Below are positions 1 to 9,232 of a stretch of DNA of 64,000 bases, piece after piece. The DNA is taken from assembly GCA_963850905.1 (NCBI GenBank), contig CAWKMU010000003.1, forward strand, positions 2,176,001-2,240,000, given 5' to 3'. The translations under genes were made by a program, and so were the position numbers. Positions within the stretch are counted from its first letter, which is position 1. Each line of letters begins with the position of its first letter. The stretch comes from an uncultured Gemmatimonadales bacterium. GTDB lineage: Bacteria > Gemmatimonadota > Gemmatimonadetes > Gemmatimonadales > Gemmatimonadaceae. Below the pieces are notes generated by a model, which did not search any database, had not been told where the DNA came from, and was given only the letters and a program-made list of their open reading frames with translations.

Positions 1-181
1 CTCGCCGGCAGGTGGCGCACGACAGCGCGTGATCGAACACCGCGAGCCGTGCCGCCTCGGGGCCGCGGCCGAGCGCCGCGTCCGCCAGTTGGTCCGCGTC
101 GGGGTGCGGCGTGTCCGGGGCATTGGCGGCGTGGGCGCCGTAGAGTGCACGGAGCCGGTTGTCCGAGAAGTCGCTCGTCAC
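1..181 (-). CDS. Zinc-binding anti-sigma factor (zf-HC2), N-terminal part; runs off the window
   Basis: Not in the ORF track. GTG at 181 overlaps the sigma stop (GTGA). Manual translation MTSDFSDNRLRALYGAHAANAPDTPHPDADQLADAALGRGPEAARLAVFDHALSCATCRRE contains HxxxCxxC. Confidence 0.8.
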   Translation of the reverse strand, partial: MTSDFSDNRLRALYGAHAANAPDTPHPDADQLADAALGRGPEAARLAVFDHALSCATCRR

Positions 182-726
182 GCCGTCCCTCCGGGGCCGA
201 TCCCGCGCCGCCGCAACTCTTCCCGCAAATCGTCCAGACCTCGATACAGCAGGTTCCGTGTCTTGGCCTCCGACCATCGCAGGTGCTGGGCGATCTCTTC
301 TCTCGTGTATCCGGAAAGGTACATGCGCACCGGCACGCGGCGGCTTTCCGCGAGGGTGCGGATGGCCGCGGCGACCGCGTGGGCTTCCTCCGAGCGCTCG
401 AGGCGCTCGGCCGGATCCGCGCTTTCAGGCGCTGCTGGATCGTCCGCGATCTCCTCGAGCGATGCCTGGTTGCGGCGAGCGCGTCGCTCGCGGATCACAT
501 CGAGCGCCGCTGATATCCCGGCGCGATAGATGTACGAGCTGCCGAGACCGGAGATCGCCTCCGCCTCGCCGTGCGCGCGCCAAAGTCGAAGGCGGAGGTT
601 CTGCAACACCTCCGCGATCTCATCCTCCGGGACCCCACGCTGCAGCGCGATATGCCGCAGCATGCCGGCGAAGCGTGCGAGGAGAGCATCGAGGGCAGAA
701 GATATCGGGTCCGTAGCGTCAGGCAC
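178..726 (-). CDS. ECF-family RNA polymerase sigma-70 factor
   Basis: Region 2-like EVLQNLRLRLWR...YIYRAGISAALDVIR and region 4 GYTREEIAQHLRWSEAKTRNLLYRGL. Start placed at GTG 726 (approximate) within ORF 178..873. Confidence 0.85.
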   Translation of the reverse strand: MPDATDPISSALDALLARFAGMLRHIALQRGVPEDEIAEVLQNLRLRLWRAHGEAEAISGLGSSYIYRAGISAALDVIRERRARRNQASLEEIADDPAAPESADPAERLERSEEAHAVAAAIRTLAESRRVPVRMYLSGYTREEIAQHLRWSEAKTRNLLYRGLDDLREELRRRGIGPGGTA

Positions 727-1141
727 GGCGGATGGACGAAGACACGGCCGGGCCACAAAGCGGCGGGCCGCGGGGCCGGTGTCGGCAAGCGTATCCGCGG
801 TGCCGGTGACCGTCAAGAGACGCGCTTGCCGCGGCGCCAGGCCGGCAACTCGGCGCAAGCCGCCGCGTGCCACCCCGCGGTCGCGGACAGGTGTGGTGAG
901 CCAGCGAGTTGATCGTCGAACGCGGTCATCGTCACGACCCCGCGCGGGAGCACGGCCGGGTGGCAGCTACAGAGATTCGATCAGGCTATACGCTCGGACT
1001 CCTCCGTCCTTCTCACTCCGCCGCAAAACGCATGTGAGGACCGTGCGCGGTGAGAATAATTACGACGACACTGCGTACCACTGGGGTCACGTCGAGGCCG
1101 CCACGCGCTCGCATTACGTCTTCAACAAAGAGGTAACTCCC

Positions 1142-3280
1142 GTGTTGCGCAAATCCCGGGTTGCCATTCTGATTGCGCTTGCCGGCCTGTGCGCATGCGG
1201 CAAGAGCTCGACGGCCCCCGCTTCCAACGGTGGGGGCGGGGGCGGCGGTGGAGGAAGCGGAGGGAGCACCACCACCGCCACCTACATCGGAACGGTCGCG
1301 AGCGCCGTTGCCACCGGCTCATTCGCCGCGACCTTCACGACGCCAGCATCGAGCAAGGTCGCCTCCGAGCGGTCCGTGGAGGTCGGCCCATCCGGTCATC
1401 GCATTCGGCTCCGGAGCGGACCGGGTGCGTCCATCACGATCACGCTGCTCAACGGGCAGACGTTGACGCTCACCGGATCGTTGAGCGGTTCTTCCTTCAC
1501 ACTGAACGATAGCAACGGCGATTCGTGTTCGGGCACCCTCGCCAACGTCCTGGCCGCAACTTGCACATTTGCCATCGACCCCGGAGCGTCGATTGGGCTG
1601 ATTGGCGCGCTGCAAATCGAAGGGGCGACCGCGGGCCTCACCACCTATTGCGGACTCGTGCACATCCCTGGCGTCGTCTCGCCCTATGCATCGATGCTGC
1701 TCGGCGTGTCCGGATCGCAGTCGTTCGTCGCCACCATCGGCATCCCCAATAACATTCCCATCTTCTACGCGGGGAGCGTGACCGGCTCGAGCTTCCGGGA
1801 CACGTCGGTCACGCCCCACTTCACTGATTTCTATTCTGGCACTCTCTCGGCGACGACGGCCAGCGGTTTCGACAGCGTGACGACAGCCACCTTGGGGGAC
1901 TTCAGCGCGACGACGCCATGCACACTGACCGCGGCGTCGATCAGTGCCACGAGTGCGACGTTCACCGCCTCCGCCGGTTCGGCGCCGGCGCCGGTCAAGC
2001 TGATCGTTTCGCCGAACACGCTGGGCCCGATGACTGCCGTCGTGCCATCGGGGGCGACCTGGCTCAAAGCCAGCACTGCCTACGATACGCTGATCCTGGC
2101 CCCGGCGTCTCAGCCCACGAGCGGCACGTTCAACACGGCTGTGACGCTGTATCCACAGTTTGCGAGCTCACCTTTGACCGTCAACGTCTCCTATACGGTG
2201 ACGGGCGGCACCGGCGGTGGCGGATCGACGGGGCTCTGGCTCGGCAACAGCGACGGGCAGCTGCTCGAGTTTACGGCCCTGACCGGCCCGACGATTCTAC
2301 CGAGCATCTCCACCGGCACCGGCGGCGCGACCGGCGTTGGCTATCTCGCCGCCGACCAGCAAGGGAACCTGTGGATGTCGTCGGCATTCCGTGGCACGGT
2401 CGACAAACTTCCGCCCTCGAACTTCTCGAGCGGGAGCCCGAGCCTCGATATCCAGATTCCACGGGCGCCCTCCGGCCCGTCGCCCCAGCCCGTGGGGATC
2501 GCATTCGATCACAACGGAACGCTCTGGGTGGCCGACAGCGCGAACAGCGGATGGTTCTACAGCTATACGCAGGCGCAGCTCTCCATGGCGACCCCCACGG
2601 CCAACCCGTTCACGCTCACGGGTGTCGTCACTGGTCCCACCTCGCTCGGTCACCTGAAGCTCGCAGCGGTCGCGTTCGACGCCAACGGCAATCTCTGGCT
2701 GTCCGACGAGGCGTCGTCGCTTGTGTTCGAGGTCCTTGCCGGCCAACTCAATGGCTCGAATGTCGACTTGCAGGCCTTTGGGTTCATTGCCGTCGGTGGC
2801 AACGGCGGCAGTCAGCCGCAATCGATGGCATTCGACGCGCAGGGGAACCTCTGGGTAAGCTTCCTCGGGTTCTCGGCCGGCGGGGCGGTGTACGAGTATG
2901 CGAAGTCAGACTTGAACAACATCCAGCACGATCAGAGTCCATCGCCCCTGGCCGAAGTGCAGATCAACGGGGTGGCCGACTCCATCACTTCGATCGCGTT
3001 CGATCAGGCGGGGAACCTGTGGCTCGTGGAGTCGGCCAAGGCCAACGTCACGACGGCGTTGGCGATGGTGCCGAAGGCGAGTATCGCGGCCGCCGGCACC
3101 TACCAGGTCACGCCGACCGTCACGTACGCCGCGACCACGAACGCGCAACTTCCGACGTCGATAGCGTTCGGTCCGCCGCCGTCGAATCTGCCAATGTACA
3201 GCGTGCCAGGTCGGGGGCCAACGCCTCCAAACGCCTCGCCACTCGCTTCTACGCGGACGATGGTCAGGCGCCGCCCTTAG
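1142..3280 (+). CDS. Large surface lipoprotein with Gly/Thr-rich linkers, a BACON/Ig-like segment and a C-terminal NHL/Vgb-like beta-propeller
   Basis: RBS AAAGAGGT before GTG 1142. Signal peptide with lipobox (LAGLCACG), poly-G linkers, and repeated (I/L)AFDxxGNLW(V/L) blades. Confidence 0.7.
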   Translation: MLRKSRVAILIALAGLCACGKSSTAPASNGGGGGGGGGSGGSTTTATYIGTVASAVATGSFAATFTTPASSKVASERSVEVGPSGHRIRLRSGPGASITITLLNGQTLTLTGSLSGSSFTLNDSNGDSCSGTLANVLAATCTFAIDPGASIGLIGALQIEGATAGLTTYCGLVHIPGVVSPYASMLLGVSGSQSFVATIGIPNNIPIFYAGSVTGSSFRDTSVTPHFTDFYSGTLSATTASGFDSVTTATLGDFSATTPCTLTAASISATSATFTASAGSAPAPVKLIVSPNTLGPMTAVVPSGATWLKASTAYDTLILAPASQPTSGTFNTAVTLYPQFASSPLTVNVSYTVTGGTGGGGSTGLWLGNSDGQLLEFTALTGPTILPSISTGTGGATGVGYLAADQQGNLWMSSAFRGTVDKLPPSNFSSGSPSLDIQIPRAPSGPSPQPVGIAFDHNGTLWVADSANSGWFYSYTQAQLSMATPTANPFTLTGVVTGPTSLGHLKLAAVAFDANGNLWLSDEASSLVFEVLAGQLNGSNVDLQAFGFIAVGGNGGSQPQSMAFDAQGNLWVSFLGFSAGGAVYEYAKSDLNNIQHDQSPSPLAEVQINGVADSITSIAFDQAGNLWLVESAKANVTTALAMVPKASIAAAGTYQVTPTVTYAATTNAQLPTSIAFGPPPSNLPMYSVPGRGPTPPNASPLASTRTMVRRRP

Positions 3281-3311
3281 CCCGCCCGGATCGGTTCCGC
3301 GCGGCCCATCA

Positions 3312-3343
3312 GGCCCCCGTGTGGTGACCACCACACGGGGGCC
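3312..3343. terminator. Perfect 14-bp GC-rich hairpin after the lipoprotein gene (terminator-like, no U-tract)
   Basis: GGCCCCCGTGTGGT-GACC-ACCACACGGGGGCC. Confidence 0.55.
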
Positions 3344-3460
3344 GCTCGTGTGCAGAGGCGTGAACGCACGGGCGACGGCAAGTCCTCTTGCGCACGGTGG
3401 GATGGAGGTCGACCTTGGCGGCGAGAGATCGCCGCCAAGCCTTCGACTGCCTCACTGACC

Positions 3461-4054
3461 ATGCGCCGCACGCTGCTCGCCCTGCTGCTCGCCGTCCCCG
3501 TCGTCGCGACTGGGGCACAGCGTCCACAGACCTACCAGGTCGGTCGCATCCAGACCCGCCTCGGGGAGATCCTCTTCGTTCTCCACGATGAGACGCCGCG
3601 CCACAAGGCGAGCTTTATCAAGCTCGCGTCCGGCCACTACTGGGACTCGCTCACGTTCAATCGCGTGATCAAGAACTTCGTTGCTCAGGGAGGTTGCCCC
3701 GACACGCCGCAGGGATTCGGCGGGTCGCCGTATCTCCTCGCCCCAGAGTTCAGCGACCATCTCAAGCATGTGTACGGGGCCGTCGGGGCCGGTCGTGACG
3801 ACAACCCGGGGCAGCTCTCCGCTGGCTGCCAGTTCTACATCGTGGTCAACAAAGCTGGACTGGCCCGGCTGGACAACCACTATACGGTGTACGGCCAGGT
3901 CTTCAAAGGCATGGATGTCGTCGAAAAGATCGTTTCGGTTCCCACTGACTCGACGAACAAGCCGTTCACGCCGATTCCGCTGCACGTCGACGTGATTACC
4001 TTGACGGCGGACCAGTTGAAGGCGGACGGCTACGTCGCGACGGACGCGCGATAA
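3461..4054 (+). CDS. Exported cyclophilin-type peptidyl-prolyl cis-trans isomerase
   Basis: Signal peptide; motifs [44 protein letters not shown]. Confidence 0.9.
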   Translation: MRRTLLALLLAVPVVATGAQRPQTYQVGRIQTRLGEILFVLHDETPRHKASFIKLASGHYWDSLTFNRVIKNFVAQGGCPDTPQGFGGSPYLLAPEFSDHLKHVYGAVGAGRDDNPGQLSAGCQFYIVVNKAGLARLDNHYTVYGQVFKGMDVVEKIVSVPTDSTNKPFTPIPLHVDVITLTADQLKADGYVATDAR

Positions 4055-4158
4055 GCACGGGCCGACTCGACCTCGGGCCGTGGCAGCGGGTATTCTACGG
4101 TGAGTGGGACGGACAGCGCCCCAGACGCATACTCCTCAAAGCAATGGGTGAATGAGCG

Positions 4159-6510
4159 ATGGCTCTCTGTGGTCTTGGTACGATTGGCACGTCCTTGTCA
4201 CAGCCGGTGCATGCCCTGGTTGCCCGTGTCGCCCGAACAAGGGTCTTGCTGGCGGCCTTCGTGGCCGGAGCGCTGCTGGCCGTGACGGCAGGCGCCCAGA
4301 CGATTCGCGGCAGCGTGCAGAGCGGGAACGAGCCCATCGTCGGAGCGACCGTGCGGCTGCTGGAGCTGGATCGTGAGCAGCGCACGGACGCGCAGGGACA
4401 ATTCAGCTTTTCCAATGTGCCCAAGGGCACCTATCGGATCTATGCCGGGGGCATCCTCGGGTACGTGGCCGCGACCGACACGGTCCAGGTGAGCGGCGGC
4501 GAGGTCTCGGTGTCGTTCAAGCTGGTTGCCTCGGCCATCCCGCTCCAGCAGATCGTGATCTCAGGCTCACCAACACCACGTCCCGCCGATGAGCAGTACC
4601 AGTCCGTCGAGTCCAAGTCGGGGGTCGAGTTGGACAACAGCTCGGGGATGACGTTTGCGGAGAAGATCGATGACCTGCCGGGCGTGACGGCCCGGTGGAA
4701 TGGCTCCGCACCGGCGCGCCCGATTCTGCGAGGCCTCGGCGACAACGAGGTGCTCGTTCTGGAGAACGGGCTCCGCATGGGCGATATCGCGACGTACGAC
4801 CCTGCGCATGCGACCCCGATCGACGCGCTGAGTATCGCGCAAATCGACGTCGTGCGGGGGCCGTCGGCGATTCTCTACGGTCCCAACACGATCGGCGGTC
4901 TGGTCAACATCGTGACGAACCTCGTCCCGACGGCGTCGGACCGCGCGCTCTCCGGAACCGCTGCCGTCGAAGGGAACTCGGTCAGCAACGAGTACTCCGG
5001 CTACTTCAATAACGTCTATACGCTCGGCAATTCCGCATTCCGCGTGTCCGCCGGCGGGTTGCACTCCGGCAATATCGACATTCCGGGCGGTATCTATCGC
5101 GACCCTGTCTCCGGCGCCGACTTTCACCTGCATGAGATCCCGCAGTCTGACGACCGCACGGGGGAGGGTGGCGTCGGATACTCGTATCAGGGTGCCTTCG
5201 GCATGGTCGGGATCGGCGCCAACCACTTCGAGACCAACTACGGAATTCCCGGCGTGCCGCCGAACGCCGACTGGGAGACCGTTCCCCCGACCACGTCGCG
5301 CATATCGCAGCAGCGGAATACGCTCGAGCTGCGGAGCCTCTTGAACGTCGGGAGTGGGTGGTTCGACCGCGTCAAGGTCACGGCAGGATACAACAGCTAC
5401 ACGCACTCCGAGTTCCCGACGCTGCAGGATTCGACCGGCGTGTCCGACCCGCAGGCGAACCACTTCCATATGGAAGAATTCAACGCGGTGCTGCAGGTCG
5501 AGCAGGCGCCGCGGGGCAAGTGGGATGGCACGCTTGGTTTATGGACTGATCTCCAGAATCTCACGATCGAGGGGCAGCAGCCCCTCGGACCCAACTCTCT
5601 CACGAGCGGCCTGGCGGGGTACGCCTATGAGGAATACCAGGTGAGCCCGCAGACCCGGATCGAGGCAGCTGCACGGTTCGACTACAATGCGATCCAAACG
5701 CACCCGTACCCGGTGTCCCAGGACTCGACGTTCCAGACTCTGGACGTGTCGCGAACCAACAATGCGGTGACTGGGTCTGTCGGGGCCATCCAGGAGATTG
5801 GCTCCAATCTCACTGCCACCGTGAGTCTTGCGCGGTCATTCCGAGCTCCCACGGTACAGGAGCTCTTCGCCAACGGACTGGACGCGTCCAGCGGCACCTA
5901 CTCGATCGGCAATGCCAATCTCGGTCCCGAAAGCGGCTACGGTGTCGATGCATCGCTGAAGGGCAATTTTGCGCAGGCGACGTTCGAGGTCTCCCCGTAT
6001 CTCAACTACATCAGTGACTACATCTACGGGTTCCTGACCGGCGACACGATTCAGGGCTTTCCGGTGCGGCACTTCACCGCGAGCGACGCACGGCTGGTGG
6101 GCTTCGAGGCGTCGGCCGCCGTGATGCCGATGCCCTATCTCGCGCTCCTCGCCAGCTCGGACTATGTGAATGCGGAGAACACGCAATTGAACGTCCCACT
6201 GCCCTTCATCCCGCCCTTGCGTGGGCTGTTGCGGGCGACGTATCAAGACCAGAAGTACATGGGGATGATCGAGTGGCGCGCGGCGGCGAGCCAAACACGA
6301 CTCGGCGTCGGCGATACGCCGACCGCCGGGTGGGCCATCTTCAATTTTGGTGCGGGCATCCGGTTCACGCAGAAGGATCTGGTTCACAACGTCAGCGTTC
6401 ATATCGACAACGCGTTCAACCGGGTCTATCGGGACAACCTCTCTGTGATCAAAGACTTTGTGCCGCAACCTGGGCGGGGTATTCGGCTGAACTACGTGCT
6501 CACCTACTAG
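4159..6510 (+). CDS. TonB-dependent receptor (plug resembles ZnuD-like metal receptors) with N-terminal CarboxypepD_reg-like domain
   Basis: Plug motifs RPILRGL and IDVVRGPSAILYG, RAPTVQELF, C-terminal PGRGIRLNYVLTY. Start uncertain. Confidence 0.88.
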   Translation: MALCGLGTIGTSLSQPVHALVARVARTRVLLAAFVAGALLAVTAGAQTIRGSVQSGNEPIVGATVRLLELDREQRTDAQGQFSFSNVPKGTYRIYAGGILGYVAATDTVQVSGGEVSVSFKLVASAIPLQQIVISGSPTPRPADEQYQSVESKSGVELDNSSGMTFAEKIDDLPGVTARWNGSAPARPILRGLGDNEVLVLENGLRMGDIATYDPAHATPIDALSIAQIDVVRGPSAILYGPNTIGGLVNIVTNLVPTASDRALSGTAAVEGNSVSNEYSGYFNNVYTLGNSAFRVSAGGLHSGNIDIPGGIYRDPVSGADFHLHEIPQSDDRTGEGGVGYSYQGAFGMVGIGANHFETNYGIPGVPPNADWETVPPTTSRISQQRNTLELRSLLNVGSGWFDRVKVTAGYNSYTHSEFPTLQDSTGVSDPQANHFHMEEFNAVLQVEQAPRGKWDGTLGLWTDLQNLTIEGQQPLGPNSLTSGLAGYAYEEYQVSPQTRIEAAARFDYNAIQTHPYPVSQDSTFQTLDVSRTNNAVTGSVGAIQEIGSNLTATVSLARSFRAPTVQELFANGLDASSGTYSIGNANLGPESGYGVDASLKGNFAQATFEVSPYLNYISDYIYGFLTGDTIQGFPVRHFTASDARLVGFEASAAVMPMPYLALLASSDYVNAENTQLNVPLPFIPPLRGLLRATYQDQKYMGMIEWRAAASQTRLGVGDTPTAGWAIFNFGAGIRFTQKDLVHNVSVHIDNAFNRVYRDNLSVIKDFVPQPGRGIRLNYVLTY

Positions 6511-8220
6511 ATGCGCAACCTTCGTCGAACACTCCTTGCGTGCGTGTGTGCGGCCCTCGCTACGGGCTGCGCGACGTCGCTCTACGCGCAGGCGCGCCAC
6601 TACGATGTCCTCATTACCGGCGGACGGGTCGTCGACGGCACCGGCGCACCCTGGGTGCGGGCCGACGTCGCGATCGTCGGCGACCGGATCGCGGCGATCG
6701 GGGACCTGCACGATGCCACAGCCGACAGGCGGATCGATGCCACGGGGTTGGTCGTGGCCCCGGGCTTCATCGATCTGCAAGGGCAGTCGGAGTTCAACCT
6801 CCTCGTTGACAATCGTGCGGCCAGCAAGATTACGCAGGGTGTGACCACCGAGATCACCGGTGAGGGGACCTCGATCGCACCGGCGAACGACCGGATGCTG
6901 CAGGACCGGGCGGACGAGGCCAAGAAATACGGCGTGCCGCTGGACTGGCACACATTGGCGGAATATCTCCGGCACCTCGAGCGTGCCAAACCGGCGATCA
7001 ACCTGGGGACGTTCGTCGGAGAGGGGACGATTCGCGACTACGTCATCGGCAAGTACAACCGCCCCGCGACCCCCGTGGAGCTCGATCAGATGCGGAAGCT
7101 GGTGGCGCAGGCGATGGAGGAGGGCGCCTTCGGCTTGAGCACCGCGTTGCAGTATGTCCCGGATCAGTACGCGTCCACGGATGAAATCGTCGAGCTGGCC
7201 AAGGTCGCGCGCCGGTACGGCGGCGTGTACTTCACGCATCAGCGCTCCGAAGGTGACCGCATTTTCCCCTCGTTGGATGAGGTGTTCACGATCGGAGAGC
7301 GGAGCGGCATCTCCGCCACGATCTGGCACTTGAAAACCGCCTACAGCGAGAATTGGGGCAAGATGCCCGAGGTCCTGCATCGCATCGCCGACGCCCGCGC
7401 GCGCGGTATCGACGTCGCCGCGACTGTGTACCCCTACGCCCGTGCGTCGAACGGCCTCACCGCGTGCTTCCCGCCGTGGGTTTCCGAAGGCGGCACCGAC
7501 AAGCTGCTCGAGCGGCTCAAGGATCCGGCACAACGCGCACGCGCGAAGGAGGAGATGGATGCGACCGGGACGACGTGGGAAAATGAGTGGCGTGGCTCCG
7601 GCGGGCCTGATGGCGTGCAGTTGATCGAGGTCGTGAACCCCGCGCTCGCGAAGTACGAGGGCATGACATTGACCGAGATCGGTCGCGCAATGGGTAAGGA
7701 TCCCAGAGATGCCGCCATGGATCTTGCCATCGCCGACCATGGCGAGAGCCAGGTCGTGATCTCCATCATGGACGAGTCGGACGTGCGAGCGGCCGTGTCA
7801 GACCCGATGGTCAGTTATGGGTCGGACTCGCCCGCGCAAGCCGAGGATGGCCCGCTGAGCAAGACCAAAGCGCACCCGCGAGCCTTTGGCACCTTTCCGC
7901 GGATCCTCGCGAAGTACGTACGTGAGGAGCACACGATGCGGCTGGAGGAAGCGGTTCGAAAGATGACGTCGCAGGCTGCGAGCAGAGTGGGGATCACGGA
8001 TCGCGGCACGCTCCGGATAGGGATGATGGCCAATGTTACGGTGTTCGATCCCGCAACCATCCGAGACGTTGCGACATATCAGGACCCGCTCCACTACTCG
8101 GTCGGCGTCAAGGACGTGTTGGTGAACGGCCGCCCGGTCGTCTTGGACGGGGCGATCACAGCCGAGCGGCCGGGACGGGCGCTTCGTGGATCAGCCTATA
8201 AGGCCGTAGCTGCCCGGTAG
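6511..8220 (+). CDS. N-acyl-D-amino-acid deacylase (D-aminoacylase) family amidohydrolase, exported
   Basis: GLVVAPGFIDLQGQS, QGVTTEITGEG, HPRAFGTFPR, LEEAVRKMTS; N-terminal signal peptide. Confidence 0.9.
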   Translation: MRNLRRTLLACVCAALATGCATSLYAQARHYDVLITGGRVVDGTGAPWVRADVAIVGDRIAAIGDLHDATADRRIDATGLVVAPGFIDLQGQSEFNLLVDNRAASKITQGVTTEITGEGTSIAPANDRMLQDRADEAKKYGVPLDWHTLAEYLRHLERAKPAINLGTFVGEGTIRDYVIGKYNRPATPVELDQMRKLVAQAMEEGAFGLSTALQYVPDQYASTDEIVELAKVARRYGGVYFTHQRSEGDRIFPSLDEVFTIGERSGISATIWHLKTAYSENWGKMPEVLHRIADARARGIDVAATVYPYARASNGLTACFPPWVSEGGTDKLLERLKDPAQRARAKEEMDATGTTWENEWRGSGGPDGVQLIEVVNPALAKYEGMTLTEIGRAMGKDPRDAAMDLAIADHGESQVVISIMDESDVRAAVSDPMVSYGSDSPAQAEDGPLSKTKAHPRAFGTFPRILAKYVREEHTMRLEEAVRKMTSQAASRVGITDRGTLRIGMMANVTVFDPATIRDVATYQDPLHYSVGVKDVLVNGRPVVLDGAITAERPGRALRGSAYKAVAAR

Positions 8221-8225
8221 CGGTC

Positions 8226-9116
8226 TCAGCGTCGGGCGACGCGCATCGGAGGAGCGGGCACCTGCAGTGCGGGGGCGGGGTACGACCGCTCCTTGTGGAG
8301 CTCCGCCGCCAACTGACCGCCGGCGATCACAGCCAGCATGGAGAGGTACATCCAGGTCAGCAGGACGATGACCGCGCCGATCGCCCCATAGGTCTCGTTG
8401 TACTTCGTGAAGTGCTGGACGTACACTCGGAAGCCGACGGTCACGAGCAACCAGAGCGCGGTGGCGACGCCGGATCCTATGAACGCCTCGCTCCATGCGA
8501 GACGTACGCTCGGCAGGAATCGGAACACCGTCGCCCCGAGTGCGACCACGATCACGATCACCACGGCCGTTTGGGTGACCAACCACGCGACGCGTGTGCC
8601 GTTTCCGAGGCCAGCCATGTCGCCGACGGCGTTGACGATGGGTTGCCCGAACACCAACGCCGCCGTCGCGACGCCCGTCGTGACCGCCGCGACGAGGACG
8701 AATCCCATCGAGAGCAGGAAGATCTGCCAGTACGGCCTTTTTTCATGCACGCTCGCCGCCCGGTTGAGCGCATCGGCCAGGGCGACAAACACGTTCGATC
8801 CGGCCCAGAGTGCCAGCACCGCTCCGACGGAAAGCAGCCCGGGCGCGCTGCCCACGAATACCACGTCATGCAGCACGTGCTCGATAACGGCCATCGCGTC
8901 GCCCGGTGCGGCGGGCGCAATGGTGTTCAGAAGCAGCTGAAACGTTTGCTCGCGGTCGCCGACCAGGCTCAGGATTGACGCCGTGAACAGCAGGATCGGA
9001 AAGAGGGAATAAAAGCACCAGTACGCCGTCTGCGCGGCGAGCGCGAGGACGTCGTTCGCCCACAGGTCTTGCAACGTCCGCCAGACGAGCGTGTGGACTT
9101 GGCGAAAGCGATACAC
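8226..9116 (-). CDS. YihY/virulence factor BrkB family membrane protein
   Basis: LAAQTAYWCFYSLFP, ALNRA, YNETYGAIGAVIVLLTWMYLS. Start approximate. Confidence 0.85.
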   Translation of the reverse strand: MYRFRQVHTLVWRTLQDLWANDVLALAAQTAYWCFYSLFPILLFTASILSLVGDREQTFQLLLNTIAPAAPGDAMAVIEHVLHDVVFVGSAPGLLSVGAVLALWAGSNVFVALADALNRAASVHEKRPYWQIFLLSMGFVLVAAVTTGVATAALVFGQPIVNAVGDMAGLGNGTRVAWLVTQTAVVIVIVVALGATVFRFLPSVRLAWSEAFIGSGVATALWLLVTVGFRVYVQHFTKYNETYGAIGAVIVLLTWMYLSMLAVIAGGQLAAELHKERSYPAPALQVPAPPMRVARR

Positions 9117-9232
9117 CGTGTTCAGCCGCAGAGGATGCTTTCCGCGCAACGGGCATGCCGCTAAACTGTCTCGGCGCCACCTTCCGCAGCTTCGAGCATC
9201 GGATCCTGCCGGAGCGATTCCCTGAGCCATCC

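Noticed and set aside
530..1141. N-terminal 204 aa of the 916-aa ORF 530..3280
   Set aside because: It overlaps the sigma gene on the other strand and is Arg-rich noise. The RBS and lipoprotein signal point to a start at 1142.
4055..4158. Riboswitch ahead of the TonB receptor (also considered for 57029-57351 and 61682-61879)
   Set aside because: I could not see cobalamin, TPP, fluoride or other conserved aptamer motifs. An Rfam/Infernal scan would be needed to exclude them fully.
5836..7740. 634-aa minus-strand ORF and similar long antisense ORFs (e.g. 17174..18700, 11127..12791, 27013..28200, 62741..63724)
   Set aside because: Shadow frames opposite well-supported genes in high-GC DNA, with no recognisable motifs.
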